A program made the position numbers and the translations under genes. The notes beneath the pieces were generated by a model that had not been told where the DNA came from, ran no database searches, and saw nothing but the letters and a program-made list of their open reading frames with translations. A DNA stretch of 62,328 nt, counting the filler, from Stramenopiles sp. TOSAG23-6 (taxonomy: Eukaryota): the NCBI GenBank assembly GCA_900128565.1. It is 33 parts of 33 records of this genome, joined end to end, with 100 filler letters (N's around TTAATTAATTAA, not from the genome) between each part and the next. Parts side by side here need not be neighbours in the genome. Positions count along the whole stretch, not along the records: positions 47,393 to 49,174 come from LT638599.1; positions 49,275 to 51,055 come from LT638600.1; positions 51,156 to 52,936 come from LT638601.1; positions 53,037 to 54,817 come from LT638602.1; positions 54,918 to 56,696 come from LT638603.1; positions 56,797 to 58,574 come from LT638604.1; positions 58,675 to 60,451 come from LT638605.1; positions 60,552 to 62,328 come from LT638606.1; 25 more parts are not named here. One strand, 5' to 3'. This document shows, piece by piece, positions 47,606 through 60,625 of the stretch. Within the stretch, counting starts at the first letter, position 1, and each line of letters opens with the position of its first letter.

Positions 47606-48646
47606 CTATATAGGTGAATGAAGCAGAAAACAACGAACACTATGTAGCGCATATTTTGGTTCAACACCAATTTCAAGTAATGCTTCATTTGTACATGTAA
47701 TATTATCATCATTATTGCTACCAACATAAGGAAATAATTGTTCAACGTGTGAAAAGTGTTTTTTTGCAAGTCTATAAAAGTCACCATACGCATTGTGACA
47801 ACCAATGGAAGCGTCATAGCATACATAAATCTTTGTATTACAACTTGCACAATTTATAAACACATTCATTAATAATGGTAACAATTCGTCATCATATACA
47901 CAATCTGTAGCACAAATCACATCAAACTTTGATGAAAAATATTGCTTTCCTGCAACAACATCTGTCCATTCAAGAGCACTATAATCTAAAAGTAAGTTGT
48001 GTTTACTATAACGACGAATATTTTTTGATAAAAGAGGAATCATTTCGAATCTATCAGTCATCAATACGTTCGCGCCTAAATGAGAAAGAGCTATACCTAA
48101 AAGACCAGTTCCACTCCCCAAGTCAAGAACTTTTTTACCCCGGATACTATTCGTCATACTACAATCATTTACTACACAAGACTCAAGAATAGTCTTCTCC
48201 ATGGCTTCAAAGTACTTTGAAAGTACAACTGAAGCATTCCAACAAACAGCACCAGTAGCACTATGTTGCTCAGACTCCGATAAACGATTGACATTTGTTT
48301 CGCAGTCATACTCACGTTGCTTTAATTTTGGATCTTGATTTACTGAAATAAAAGACGATAGGTATGGAAGTGTAAAAGTGTCTGACGTAAAATCAGCAAA
48401 TGTAAAAAAATGTTCCATATCATCTGAGTCACTACCACACTCATCAAAGAGTGGACCGAGCTCAATTTCACCGTCATCCAGTGATACACTTTCCTCGACA
48501 ATACTATGACGAAGGTTTTTTAAAGCTTCACACTGCACTTTCCTACTGACTTCTCTCCTCTGTTTTGCAATAGCATTCAGCTTGAGTTCTTCCTCTTTTC
48601 TCATTAAAACACGCTGATCTAAAGTCCCAGTTTGCCATGTATCCAT
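47606..48646 (-). CDS. METTL21-like protein-lysine methyltransferase (Methyltransf_16)
   Basis: TGAVCWNAS, VLDLGSGTGLLG, LEW, DVICATDCVY. Confidence 0.9.
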   Translation of the reverse strand: MDTWQTGTLDQRVLMRKEEELKLNAIAKQRREVSRKVQCEALKNLRHSIVEESVSLDDGEIELGPLFDECGSDSDDMEHFFTFADFTSDTFTLPYLSSFISVNQDPKLKQREYDCETNVNRLSESEQHSATGAVCWNASVVLSKYFEAMEKTILESCVVNDCSMTNSIRGKKVLDLGSGTGLLGIALSHLGANVLMTDRFEMIPLLSKNIRRYSKHNLLLDYSALEWTDVVAGKQYFSSKFDVICATDCVYDDELLPLLMNVFINCASCNTKIYVCYDASIGCHNAYGDFYRLAKKHFSHVEQLFPYVGSNNDDNITCTNEALLEIGVEPKYALHSVRCFLLHSPI

Positions 48647-49057
48647 TGGAAATACTTATCTAGTTGTAGCAGTATCACTATATATGCAGTAGTATCTACT
48701 GTAGACCTTCGATAGAAAGAAGAAAATGGTAAGTATTTTGCTCACTAAACTTTCCTGTAGTAGTACGCTTGTGTTCAAAAATCTGACGTTGTCATGACAT
48801 GATGACAACAAGTGCCTGATGACTGACTTGATTTTTTGAAAAAATCTCTAATCAATAGTATATCTCAAATCGAAACGTACTAAATATTTTTTTATTGATA
48901 AAAAAAGTTGAGATTTGATTTCGATATTATTATTATTTCTAAAAATATATGTATTTCAAAAAAAAATATTTCTTTGTGTTATTTTTACTCTTTCAAATAT
49001 TGTTTTTCTTTGCAAAGAGTATGAAATCATTTTTCCATCTTTGACCCAATAATAAAA

Positions 49058-49174
49058 TTATAATTTATCTCCCAATGTTTTAAGCATCTCTTGTGCGTCT
49101 GTATTACCAGCATTAGCAGATTTAGTATACCACTTGAAAGATTCTTTTTTGTCTTCAGCAACACCTTCACCATA
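49058..49174 (-). CDS. Sel1-repeat protein, 3' end
   Basis: YGEGVAEDKKESFKWYTKSANAGNTDAQ. Confidence 0.8.
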   Translation of the reverse strand, partial: YGEGVAEDKKESFKWYTKSANAGNTDAQEMLKTLGDKL

Positions 49175-49363
49175 NNNNNNNNNNNNNNNNNNNNNNNNNN
49201 NNNNNNNNNNNNNNNNNNTTAATTAATTAANNNNNNNNNNNNNNNNNNNNNNNNNNNNNNNNNNNNNNNNNNNNAAAAATATTTCAAAAAAAAAAAACTA
49301 AAATTTGTTAGGTACAAAATTTCGTACGAAATAAATTCGAAATTGAAAAAAAAAAAAACATAC

Positions 49364-50028
49364 ATTTTCGTTTGTTTTTGAACAAGACGTTTGTCTGGCG
49401 GACGTCCGTCCCATGTATTATATACTTTACGTACATCATTTGATGTTTTCATTCGAGATTGTTTCCTTTGGATGTTTTCTTTTTTTGTTTTTGCAGTTTT
49501 TGTAGACGACAAATGACTTGTTCGATTACTCTTTTGGTGTTTATTTCTAGAATATCTGGTACGCTCAGACTGTGATTTATTTATAGAAATCTTTGCATTT
49601 GGTTGAGTTGTTTGACGATTTCTTGGGCCAACGCAAACGTCTTGTGCTACTGCTAGTATGGTGTCTAGTCGACTCATCATTGACTCTGCCTGCTGAAGTG
49701 CGTAGTCTTTTTCTTGGTGAATGTCTCTCGGTTTACGAATGACATTGTTTTCTAACTTACTTTGAATGGAATGGTCTATTTGAATGCTAGAGTCGTTTTC
49801 TTTTGTTGAATATACATCGATTTGTTTTGATTGAAGTTGATTGGGAGCAATAGTACCTCGTTGACTTGCAGAGCGTATGTGGCTGAGAGCATTTTCGACA
49901 TCTTCACAAACAAACTCTAGCATACATTGCTCACGGGCAACTGCAGATTCACACAAGTACAACCCATATAAAACAGTATCTAGAGCGGAAGACATTTCGT
50001 CTTCATTGTTCGGGAGTGCTGGGTTCAT
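49364..50028 (-). CDS. Hypothetical protein, first exon
   Basis: ORF ends at family donor at|GTATGT (49363). Confidence 0.6.
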
Positions 50029-50280
50029 GACAGCATACTGGAAATCTTTTAAAGAATAAAAAAAATAAACAAAAAAATAAACAACAATATAAACAACGTC
50101 GTGATGTTTTTTATGTTTTTTTGATTTTTGAAAAAACAATCAAAAAAAAAACACGAAAAACGAAAAAAGGAAAAAAACAACCGTTTGTCTATAAGTAACC
50201 GTTGACCGTTGGGACCGTTGGTAAATGCTCCACCCTACATATTTTTTAGATTTTTTCTGTACAAATTAAAGCAAATCAAG

Positions 50281-51003
50281 ATGGGAAACACGACAGGTAT
50301 TCATAGCAAAATGGACCAAGGATCCGCTTTCAAGAGCAGCAAACAAAAAAGTCGAACCCGGCGAAAATTACAAGCTGTAAGTGCGTTCCAGAGGAGGAGC
50401 AATAATTTACATGAAAAGCACTGTGATAAGAAGCCCGAGTGTACTGACCGAGTAATCGAAGAACTAAAAGGCGACGCTATGGATATAGATACAAAAAACA
50501 TCGGTGATCGAGAAAAGTTTAAACATTCTTCTGTGTTGAATCGTTTAACGAAGGACCATCCGGAGGAAGATCGTGTCCTGAGAAAGTTCGAATACTGGCT
50601 TATGGCAAACGGCGCAAAATATCCAGACATTGAGACGCGAACATATGCAGAAAATGTGCGAGGTGTACATGCAATTCGTGGCATTCCAGCGAATAAGCGC
50701 ATCCTGGAAATTCCTCTTGCTTGCATTATAACTGATGGTTTAGCTAGAAAAACTCCCATAGGAAAAAAACTAAAATTTGTTGAACATCTGCTCACTGTAC
50801 CAAATCACTGTCAAATTATTGTGTTTATGATGACCGCAGTAGAATCAAAAGACTCTTTTTTTCAGCCGTATTTTGATATATTACCCAAAGATTTCAACAA
50901 TTTCCCTATATTTTGGACAGAAAAAGAGTTAGAATGGTTGGAAGGGAGTACTCTATTACAGGAAATTGCCGACAGAAAGCAAAATATGCGTAACGATTAC
51001 GAT
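50281..51003 (+). CDS. SETD3/Rubisco-LSMT-like SET methyltransferase, first exon
   Basis: WLMANGA, RGVHA, SFFQPYFDILP, PIFW..EL..LEGS. Confidence 0.85.
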
Positions 51004-51186
51004 GTATGTTTTATTTTTTTTTCAATTTCGAATTTATTTTTCGTACGAAATTTTGNNNNNNNNNNNNNNNNNNNNNNNNNNNNNNNNNNNNNNNNNNNNT
51101 TAATTAATTAANNNNNNNNNNNNNNNNNNNNNNNNNNNNNNNNNNNNNNNNNNNNATAAAAAATTGAAAAAAAATAAAACATACAT

Positions 51187-52849
51187 GATGGTTCTCTACA
51201 AGAGTCTGGAAATTCTTCAGAGCTCAAAGCAAAATATGGTCAAGGATATCACCTTGAGCTTGGTATTGAAGCTGGCACTGATCGCCGAGATATTTTCTCT
51301 TTGATAAACAAAAACATCAGAAAAACACTTGTAAATAAATCAAATAAAATGGAATTTGATGTGTTGAAAGATGGTGCAAAACTTGATATTGTTGATATTT
51401 ATCATGATGAGGAAATATTTAATGAAACAATTGAAAAGACACTTTCAGATAAGAGTGCTACTGATTTAAGTATGTATGTTTTATTTTTTTTTTTTTAGTA
51501 AATAATTTTTTTTTCGTACGAAATTTCGTACCTAACGATTTTTTTAGATTTTTTTTGAAATATTTTTCCAAAATACATTCTACTTCCATTACATACCGAT
51601 GTACCAACCATGTTAGAAGAACTCCAAAAAGCAAAAGAAGATCCATCAAGCGGTATTATCAATTTTAACGTCATGGAAAATACTCTTGAAGATGTGTTTT
51701 GGGAATTGAACCAGGCAGCTGATCTTGAAAAGGATGCGACTAATTCGACTTGTCTATGGAAACAAATGCCAAAAAGTGAAAATTTTACTCAAGCATCACA
51801 GGCTCCATCATTAAATTACAAAATACGTATTTTGTTGCAGAGGAAATTCAAGTCATTTTATCGGTCAATGCCTACAATTCCAGGTACGAATCTTCCCATA
51901 CCATTCCAACAATTTTTTATAATGGGAATGCTGATTGCTGGTATGTTGATGACTTCGCTAGATTTCGAACCTGAAGAAAATCCTCCATGTGTGTTTTTAT
52001 TTTTTTTTTGTTTTCGAAAAAAAAAAAATCGAATTTCTTTTTTCGTACGAAATTTTGTACCTAACAAATTTTTTTAGATTTTTTTTGAAATATTTTTCCA
52101 AAATATATTACTTGTTGATCTATCTCCATCATCTGTGTTTGGACAACGCGGTCGATTAGCTTTACCATATAGTACTACTTCCAATGCGTCATACAATGTC
52201 ACAGGAAGTGTATGTTTTCATTATGAATTTCAAATTTATTATTTTTTTCGTACGAAATTTTGTACCTAACAAATTTCGAATTTAATTTTTTTTACAATAC
52301 ATGCTGTCTTGCCTTATCTTGATACAATGTCGTCAAGCGATACTTTACTACCGTTACCCATCAGCACAAGTTCATTTCTCGCAAATACATGTATGGCAGC
52401 GTGGTTATTACATGTACGTTTTCACATCATTTTTTTTTTATTAATTTTTTTTTCATAGGAAATTTTGTACCTAACATTTTTTTTTTCAATTTCGAATTTA
52501 TATTTTCACAATACATGTTTCTGATCCGAATGCATGTTATGTTCCACCAAAGTCTGACAGAAATTCACCTAACCCGAATCCTGTATCTAGTCCAGGATCA
52601 ACATTAGGATTTCCTGGTGCTCTGAGTGGCACAGCTGGTGCTATATTATTTGATAATGATGACCCTACATCAAAATCATTTCATTATACGTATACAGTAT
52701 TGCCTAATACAATGAATACTTTGGCATTTCCTAGTATAGTGAATTATATTAACAATGCTATTTTTAAGTATATTACAAAGAATACAGACACATTCAATAG
52801 CATACGTTCAAAGTATCAACAAATGCCAGAAGCAGAGAAATCTGATACT
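51187..52849 (+). CDS. ABCA-family transporter, internal part (GT-AT introns 51474-51578, 51989-52108, 52210-52302, 52414-52516)
   Basis: GSLQESGNSSELKAKYGQGYHL and TLEDVF motifs that follow ABCA NBD1. Confidence 0.82.
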
Positions 52850-53441
52850 GTATGTTTTACTTTTTTTCAAATTCGAATTTATTTTTTATAGTAAATTTTG
52901 TACCTAACAAATTTAAGTTTTTTTTTTTGAAATATTNNNNNNNNNNNNNNNNNNNNNNNNNNNNNNNNNNNNNNNNNNNNTTAATTAATTAANNNNNNNN
53001 NNNNNNNNNNNNNNNNNNNNNNNNNNNNNNNNNNNNTGCAGTACAGTCATCAGTGCTACCATGTTGTACAGCTAATTGTGTCAACGCTTCTGCTGCTTTC
53101 TTGCATGTAGCATCAGCATCATTTTCTAGAAACTTTGATACAAATGACATTGCTACTTCACTTTCAATAACATCCCAAACACCATCACTAGCGAGTATTA
53201 GTAACTCACAATCACCATCAGTATCTCGCAAATCAAATGTTGCTAATTCNNNNNNNNNNNNNNNNNNNNNNNNNNNNNNNNNNNNNNNNNNNNNNNNNNN
53301 NNNNNNNNNNNNNNNNNNNNNNNNNNNNNNNNNNNNNNNNNNNNNNNNNNNNNNNNNNNNNNNNNNNNNNNNNNNNNNNNNNNNNNNNNNNNNNNNNNNN
53401 NNNNNNNNNNNNNNNNNNNNNNNNNNNNNNNNNNNNNNNNN

Positions 53442-54817
53442 TGCAGTACAGTCATCAGTGCTACCATGTTGTACAGCTAATTGTGTCAACGCTTCTGCTG
53501 CTTTCTTGCATGTAGCATCAGCATCATTTTCTAGAAACTTTGATACAAATGACATTGCTACTTCACTTTCAATAACATCCCAAACACCATCACTAGCGAG
53601 TATTAGTAACTCACAATCACCATCAGTATCTCGCAAATCAAATGTTGCTAATTCCTTTAATTTAAAATCGCCAATTGAACGACTCACAGCCAATACTGCC
53701 ATCAAACGACCACCAATTACAAAACCACCAGCACGTGTAATTCTCGCAGATTCTGCTTTTTCTGTTGCTTTATGATCACATGTAAGTTCTTCGGTCTTCC
53801 CATTAATTAAAGCGACCGCTCGACAATCTCCAACGTGAGCAACGTGTAATTTTGTACCGGTCAGTACAGCAGCAACAACACATGTTCCACTACCTTCAGC
53901 AAGATGACTTTGTCGTAATTGTTGCTCCGTACTTAAAAATGCGGCACCTAAAGCTTGTAATTCGCCACAACCCGCAGATCTGTGTGCTAATATATGCATA
54001 TGCATATGTCTCTGTGCAAACATTGCAGCTGAAGCACCAGCATGGCCGTCATGTACGGCAAAAAAACTTGCCCCATTATGTTCATTTATATTTTCAGTTT
54101 GATAAAAATTTGAAAAAATATTATTAGAATGACTTATATCAAATGGCTTCGAATTTTTACTACTAACAGCATCTGTATCACTACTACTTCTCTTATATGG
54201 AGACATACTATTTTTCGAATGAATAATTGTCGTTCTATTTCTAATTTCATCTAAAACACTCGAATCACTACGAGATCTCATATACATTTCCTTTTGTGCA
54301 GATTTATATGAAGTACATGATTTTATCGCAGCAGCTGAATCTAAATTACTTAAAAAAGGATCAAATTGTTCAATACATGTGAACCTATCTTCATTTGGAT
54401 AAGATCTGCCAACGTTTTCTATACTACAAGCACCAAAACTCNNNNNNNNNNNNNNNNNNNNNNNNNNNNNNNNTCTTTTTTCTATAGTATTTTTTTTCTT
54501 ACTCGCAGAAGAAGTTAAAGAATCTTCAAAATGAGTACAATTTTCACTACATACAGATGAAGTTGTACCATTACTAATAATTGATGATGTACTGGAAGAG
54601 GAAAGGAAATTATTACTTGAAGAATTTTCTGATGTATTTTGATGTTCTGAATTTGAATTAGAACAATTCGGACTTTTTTGTGTTTTTCTATTCCGTTTTA
54701 GTTTATAGCTAAAGAGTAGTGATGCTTTTGCTTTGCCTTTTGTAATCCAGTTTTTTTCTTTTTTATTCTTTTTTTCTTGTGGTGGTAATTCATTTAATTG
54801 ATTTTTGGTACAATTAT
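53442..54817 (-). CDS. PP2C/PPM protein phosphatase (partial, gapped)
   Basis: FAVHDGHAG, AHVGDCRA, DHK, LAVSRSIGD, LASDGVWD, GSTDD. Confidence 0.92.
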
Positions 54818-54917
54818 NNNNNNNNNNNNNNNNNNNNNNNNNNNNNNNNNNNNNNNNNNNNTTAATTAATTAANNNNNNNNNNNNNNNNNNNNNNNNNNN
54901 NNNNNNNNNNNNNNNNN

Positions 54918-56682
54918 CTCACGTTTAGTTGACTTACTTTTCCACAAGAACTCAGAAATTCTGGAGCAGGCAGCAAGTGTGCTCCGGCATCTAGCATTTG
55001 AGCCAAGCAATAAAGGTTTATTAGGCCGTTCTAGAAATTGTGTCCGGGGTTTAGTTAGTCTCTTATCTGAACAGCAACGTCCAATTATTCAAAAAGAAGC
55101 TGCCGCAACGTTGTGGGGTTTGGCTTGCGACGCAGATAACAAAGATGTTATTGGAAGTTTTCCTGGTGCACTATCAAGTATGGTCCGTTTACTAGAATCA
55201 AATGTCCCCGCAGTGTTAGAGAAAGTTGCTGGAGCATTAATGAACCTTGCGTGTACTGTCACAAATATAGAACTAATTGGTCAGGAAAAAGGTGCAGTTA
55301 GTGGTCTAATTCGTTTGATTGGAAGCAACCACCTTAATCGTACTTCAAATAAAAACGTATGTGAATATGCATCTGGAACTCTTCGAAATCTGGCATGTAA
55401 TAATGATGAGAACAAAACGCGTATAGGTGAACATCCTGGGGCTATACCTAGGCTAGTGCAACTACTTCATGAACCTTTATCAAGTATTCAAGGACATGCC
55501 GCTGGTGCATTGCGTAATTTAGCTTGTAACCATCCTGAAAACAAAACTCGCATTGCAAATTGTGATGGAGCTTTAAGTGGTCTTGTTGCTCTACTTCGTG
55601 AAAAAGAAGCAACACTTCAAAAAGAAGCTGCAGCTGCCCTTTGGGGTCTGGCATCAAATGATAGAAATAAACGCTTGATTGGTTTGGAACCTGGAGCAAT
55701 ATCTGGTTTAGTTCATTTGCTTTCTCCTAATTTCAAACACGAAGTTCGTCAAAAGGCCATTGGGGCGCTTTGGATGCTTGCAAGTGATGATNNNNNNNNN
55801 NNNNNNNNNNNNNNNNNNNNNNNNNNNNNNNNNNNNNNNNNNNNNNNNNNNNNNNNNNNNNNNNNNNNNNNNNNTCTTTTATCTCTAGGTACTGATGCTC
55901 CAACTAAAATTCTCATAGTTTGTTGTAATGGTGTTGGTGTTTTAGCTGCAATTCGGCGTAAGTGTAAAGTGAAGCGTCTGTTACTTTCAGAGAAAGATTT
56001 TGTTCCAGAGAAATTTAAAATCTCAAAAGAAGTTCAACTTTTAGAAACGACTTTATCAAATGTTATTCGAAAACCGGAAAATCACAGTTTAATTGAGACT
56101 GTATATCTAGCTTCAAACAGAAAACGACGGATTTATATAGCATGTGCGCTTATGCTTGAAATGTATCCTTATCCAACTACAATAGATTCTACAAGTGACT
56201 TGTCTAGAGATCATGGTAACATTCCACGTCATCATGAAGAACAATCAGTCTTGCAATCAAGACCATATAGACCAATACGAATGCAAAATTTTCCCGGAAC
56301 TGGAACTCGTAATATTCTCTTGGGTCAAAATCTTAATGAAGGTAATGAATCAACAACAATAACAGTGAATGATGAATCTCACTCAGATGAAGTCACAAAT
56401 GGAGATGATGAATCTCTTCATGGTTTGAATGAAGAACAAGATGATACACTTTTCCATCTTCGTGAACGTCCTGTAGTATCGGAGAGAGAAGCTTTGTATG
56501 AAAAAAATATGCTTCAATGGATGGATGCGCCAATGCTATTACTCGACACCTTACGTAGTACCAATTGGTCTCAAGATATTCGAATTTTAGCATTAACAGC
56601 CTTAGTACGTCAAATGGAAATCCTACCAAATGGTTTACCTACGATACCGATCCCTCAGTTCCTTCGCTTTGCTCCCTCTCAT
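54918..56682 (+). CDS. Armadillo-repeat protein (partial, gapped)
   Basis: Repeated AAGALRNLA/AAATLWGLA...GAI..LV.LL units. Confidence 0.88.
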
Positions 56683-56917
56683 GTATGTTTTATTTTNNNN
56701 NNNNNNNNNNNNNNNNNNNNNNNNNNNNNNNNNNNNNNNNTTAATTAATTAANNNNNNNNNNNNNNNNNNNNNNNNNNNNNNNNNNNNNNNNNNNNTTTT
56801 TTTTTCGTACGAAATTTTTTCCCTAAACAAAAATTTTTTTTTTTTTTTTTTTTGTAAAAGTTTTTTTTTATCTAACGACTTTTTTCTTTTTTCAAAAATT
56901 TTATTTTTACAATACAT

Positions 56918-57806
56918 TTACTCTACCATGATAATAATCCTAAAAAAGCACTTGAACTCGCTGCTGCTGCAACTGAAGTCAATAAATATGCGTATGTTTT
57001 ATTTATTTTTTTTTTAACCGAAAAAAAAAAATCGACTTTTTTTTTTTCATACGAAATTTTGTACCTAACAATTTTTTTTTTTACGGAAAATTTTTTTTGA
57101 AATATTTTTTCAAAGTAAACAGATTGGTTTTGGAAACACCGACTAGGAAAATGTTATTATAGATTAGGTTTGTACAGAGATGCCGAGAAACAATTTATGA
57201 GCGCACAAAAACAACAAAATATGACAATAATTATATTAGATTTGGCCAAAGTTTGTATGTGTTTGTCATTCATAATTTTTTTTTTGGTTTCGTACGAAAT
57301 GTTGTACCTAACAATTTAAAAAAAAATTTTGAAATTTTTGAAATTTTTTTTTTGTACGAAATTTTGTACCTAACATTTTTTTTAAAAAAAATTTTGAAAT
57401 ATTTTCCAAAAATATATTTCTGAAAATGGACCAACCAAATTCTGCATTAAAAATATATACCGACTATTTAAACAAATATCCAGGAAATGTTTCAATTCTG
57501 CGTGCAAAAGCTCGAATTTTAGATATGTTGCAAAATACTGAACAATCAACAATTTTATACAAACAAATTCTACGCGTTGATGTTTGTTTCCATGATACAT
57601 TTCAAAAAAAAACAATTTCGTACGAAATTCTGTACCTAACAATTTTTTTTAGACTTTTTCTCCAATATTTTTTCACAATTTATGCTGCATGTATTGAATC
57701 TATTTCATGTCTTGCAACCAATCATTTTTATTCAGATCAACCTGAAGTTGCACTTTTTTACTATAGACGTTTGGTACAAATGAATGTGTACATTTTTTTT
57801 ATACCT

Positions 57807-57838
<32 letters not shown>

Positions 57839-58465
57839 CATACCTGCCCATTTATTTTGATGTTATATGTGTGTGATATATTTTTTACGCTACATATGAG
57901 TGCTATATGGAACAATATTGGACAAGTAGCCATTGGGATTGGTGACTTAGGCTTAGCGTACCAAACTTTTAAAATTTCTCTTTCTATTGACTCAAATAAT
58001 TGTGATGCGTATGTATGTTTTTTTATTTTCAAATACGATTTTTTTTTTTTTGGTTTCGTACGAAATTTTGTACCTAAAAAAAAATATTTTTTTTTATTTT
58101 CAAATACGAATTTTTTTTTTTTGGTTTCGTACGAAATGTTGTACCTAACAAACATTGATTTTTTTTTTGAAATATTTTTCCAAAATACATACAAATCTTG
58201 GTGTATTAGAACTTCGTAAAGGTCCGTTAACCCTAACCCTAATCATGATTTTTTTTTCAATTTTTTTTTTTTGGTAAAAATTTTTTGTACCTAACGATAT
58301 TTTTTTTTTAATTTTAATATTTCACAAAAAATAGGTAGTATAGCAAATGCGAGAGCCAATTTTGATACAGCTGTCCGGTTATCAAATAATCATTCCTTTG
58401 AAGCATCATTTAATGGTGCTTTAGTTGCGTATAAAATGGGTCGTTTTCAAAAAAGTTGGCAACTA
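56918..58465 (+). CDS. TTC8: BBSome subunit BBS8/TTC8 (partial, 7 visible exons)
   Basis: DWFWKHRLGKCYYRLGLYRDAEKQF, NHFYSDQPEVALFYYRRLVQM, VAIGIGD, AYTNLGVLELRKG; introns 56992-57120 AC, 57255-57417 AT, 57582-57683 AT, 58013-58190 AT, 58222-58334 AG. Confidence 0.95.
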
Positions 58466-58716
58466 GTGAGTCGATCATTATGAATTTTTTACCTAAATTT
58501 TTTTTTTTTGGTTTTTTTGTTTTTTTTGGTTTTTTATAAAAATTTTGTACCTAACAAATTTCGAATTTAATTTTNNNNNNNNNNNNNNNNNNNNNNNNNN
58601 NNNNNNNNNNNNNNNNNNTTAATTAATTAANNNNNNNNNNNNNNNNNNNNNNNNNNNNNNNNNNNNNNNNNNNNAAAATTTTTTTTTTTTTTTTTTAAAA
58701 TTTTTTAGGTAAAAAA

Positions 58717-58748
<32 letters not shown>

Positions 58749-58792
58749 TTCTATTTTTTTCGATTTTTTTGTAAAAAAAAAATAAAACATAC

Positions 58793-59947
58793 ATTTTTTG
58801 GCATTGCATTTAAATACGGATGAAAATAATTTTTTGTATCGTCTGAAAAAAATGTTAGATATAGTGCAAGTACTACAAAACTTGGCTCATTGGCACGTAA
58901 AATATATTTTTCATTATCCAATTCTTTTGATATTTTTTCTATTTTTGATAATTTTGATATTTTTTCCCCCAAATTTGATATTTTTGTTTTATCCAATGAT
59001 TCATTCATTGTACCATACACAGTAAAAAGAGCATCATATAAACGCAAACCCCAAGGATGTGTTGAAAAATATTTCATATGTAAATGTTCTTCATCAGCAG
59101 ATGATCTATAAGGATGTGGTCGTTTTGGTGGTGGCAATTTTTGCATATAATCAATCACAGTAGGTAAAGCTTTTGTTGTACGTAATAATAAATGAGGTGG
59201 TACTTTCACTAATGTAGTGGGATTTTGTATTCCATCAAGAGCAAATATCCCATGAATATCTGTTCCTGGAATTGTATTGATTTGTAAATGTGGGTGTAAA
59301 AAGCCCCCATTTGTTTTGAACCAAGACAAAAGGGTGTTATATTGAACTTCTTTAGCTTCTTCATTATTATTTAATGAATGAACGTCACTGGAAACAATCG
59401 ATTCCATGGCTTTTTTCATGATTACGTTATTTGAATTCATCGATTCCATGGCTTTTTTCATGATTACGTTATTTGAATTCATAGATGCATCATCATCATC
59501 ATTGATGATTTCTTTTGTATTTGGTTGTGTTGTTGTTTGTATGTTTATTTTGTTGTTTGTTTTGTTCTTTAGTGTTTCTTCTGACGGTATCAAATTTTGT
59601 ATAGTTTCAGACATGAGATTTCTATTCTTTTTTACGTCTTGTTCTCTCAATATAACTTGTAATTGCTCATTTGCTTTTCTGGCTTTTCTGGCGTTTCTTC
59701 GTCGTAAAGATTCTTTTATTCTTTCATCAAGAGCACTGTCACTTTTAGTTTTCTTTTCAACCATGTGAACTTTCGTACTCGACATATTCGTAGTTAAACG
59801 ATGACAAACGAAGAAAAAAACACAAACCACAAAGACAATATACATTGAACACTTTGAGTACTTTCTTATTGTCCCATTTGGCTTTTCAAGTTTACCATTG
59901 GACATCTTTCTTTTGAGTAAAGCATTCAAAGATTCATTTGAACGCAT
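58793..59947 (-). CDS. SET-domain-like protein, first exon
   Basis: LLSWFKTNGGFLHP, HGIFA, LVKVPPHLLL, YFHPYLNAMP. Confidence 0.7.
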
Positions 59948-60551
59948 GTTTAAAATACTTAACGTAATGCTTTTTGTAATATTATATACGTACGTACAGT
60001 CAGTCAGAGCGACACAATCACCTGATTATTTTGTATACAATATTCATACTTAATTAATGATGACGCGCCCCCCACTTAGCTAGTTCCTGAATGCTGTATT
60101 AGGTACAAAAATTTCATACAAATATTTCAACAAATTTAACATTTTTTACTTTATTTCGTGTTTCAAAAAACAATATAAATTAAGAAATTCACTACTACGA
60201 AGACAATTCGCAAAAACGGTGCCAATAAGCAGCTTTGTGCCGAGTTATTAGGTTCCTATGAAAAAACTATAGCAAACTTCAGCCGAAATATTTTTACATG
60301 AGACCTTGACTAAATGTCCCTCTAACGTAGTAGTTACGCACACATCTGCAAACCCTAACCCTAGTCCAACCAAAAAAACAAAAAAATCAAAAAAATCAAA
60401 AAAAACAAAAAAAACAAAAAAAACAAAAAAAACAAAAAAAACAAAAAAAACNNNNNNNNNNNNNNNNNNNNNNNNNNNNNNNNNNNNNNNNNNNNTTAAT
60501 TAATTAANNNNNNNNNNNNNNNNNNNNNNNNNNNNNNNNNNNNNNNNNNNN

Positions 60552-60593
60552 AAAATTTTTTTTTTTTTTTTTTAAAATTTTTTAGGTAAAAAA

Positions 60594-60625
<32 letters not shown>

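Noticed and set aside
57789-57895. Apparent loss of ~35 residues in BBS8
   Set aside because: Best explained by collapse between poly-T tracts of two neighbouring intron copies
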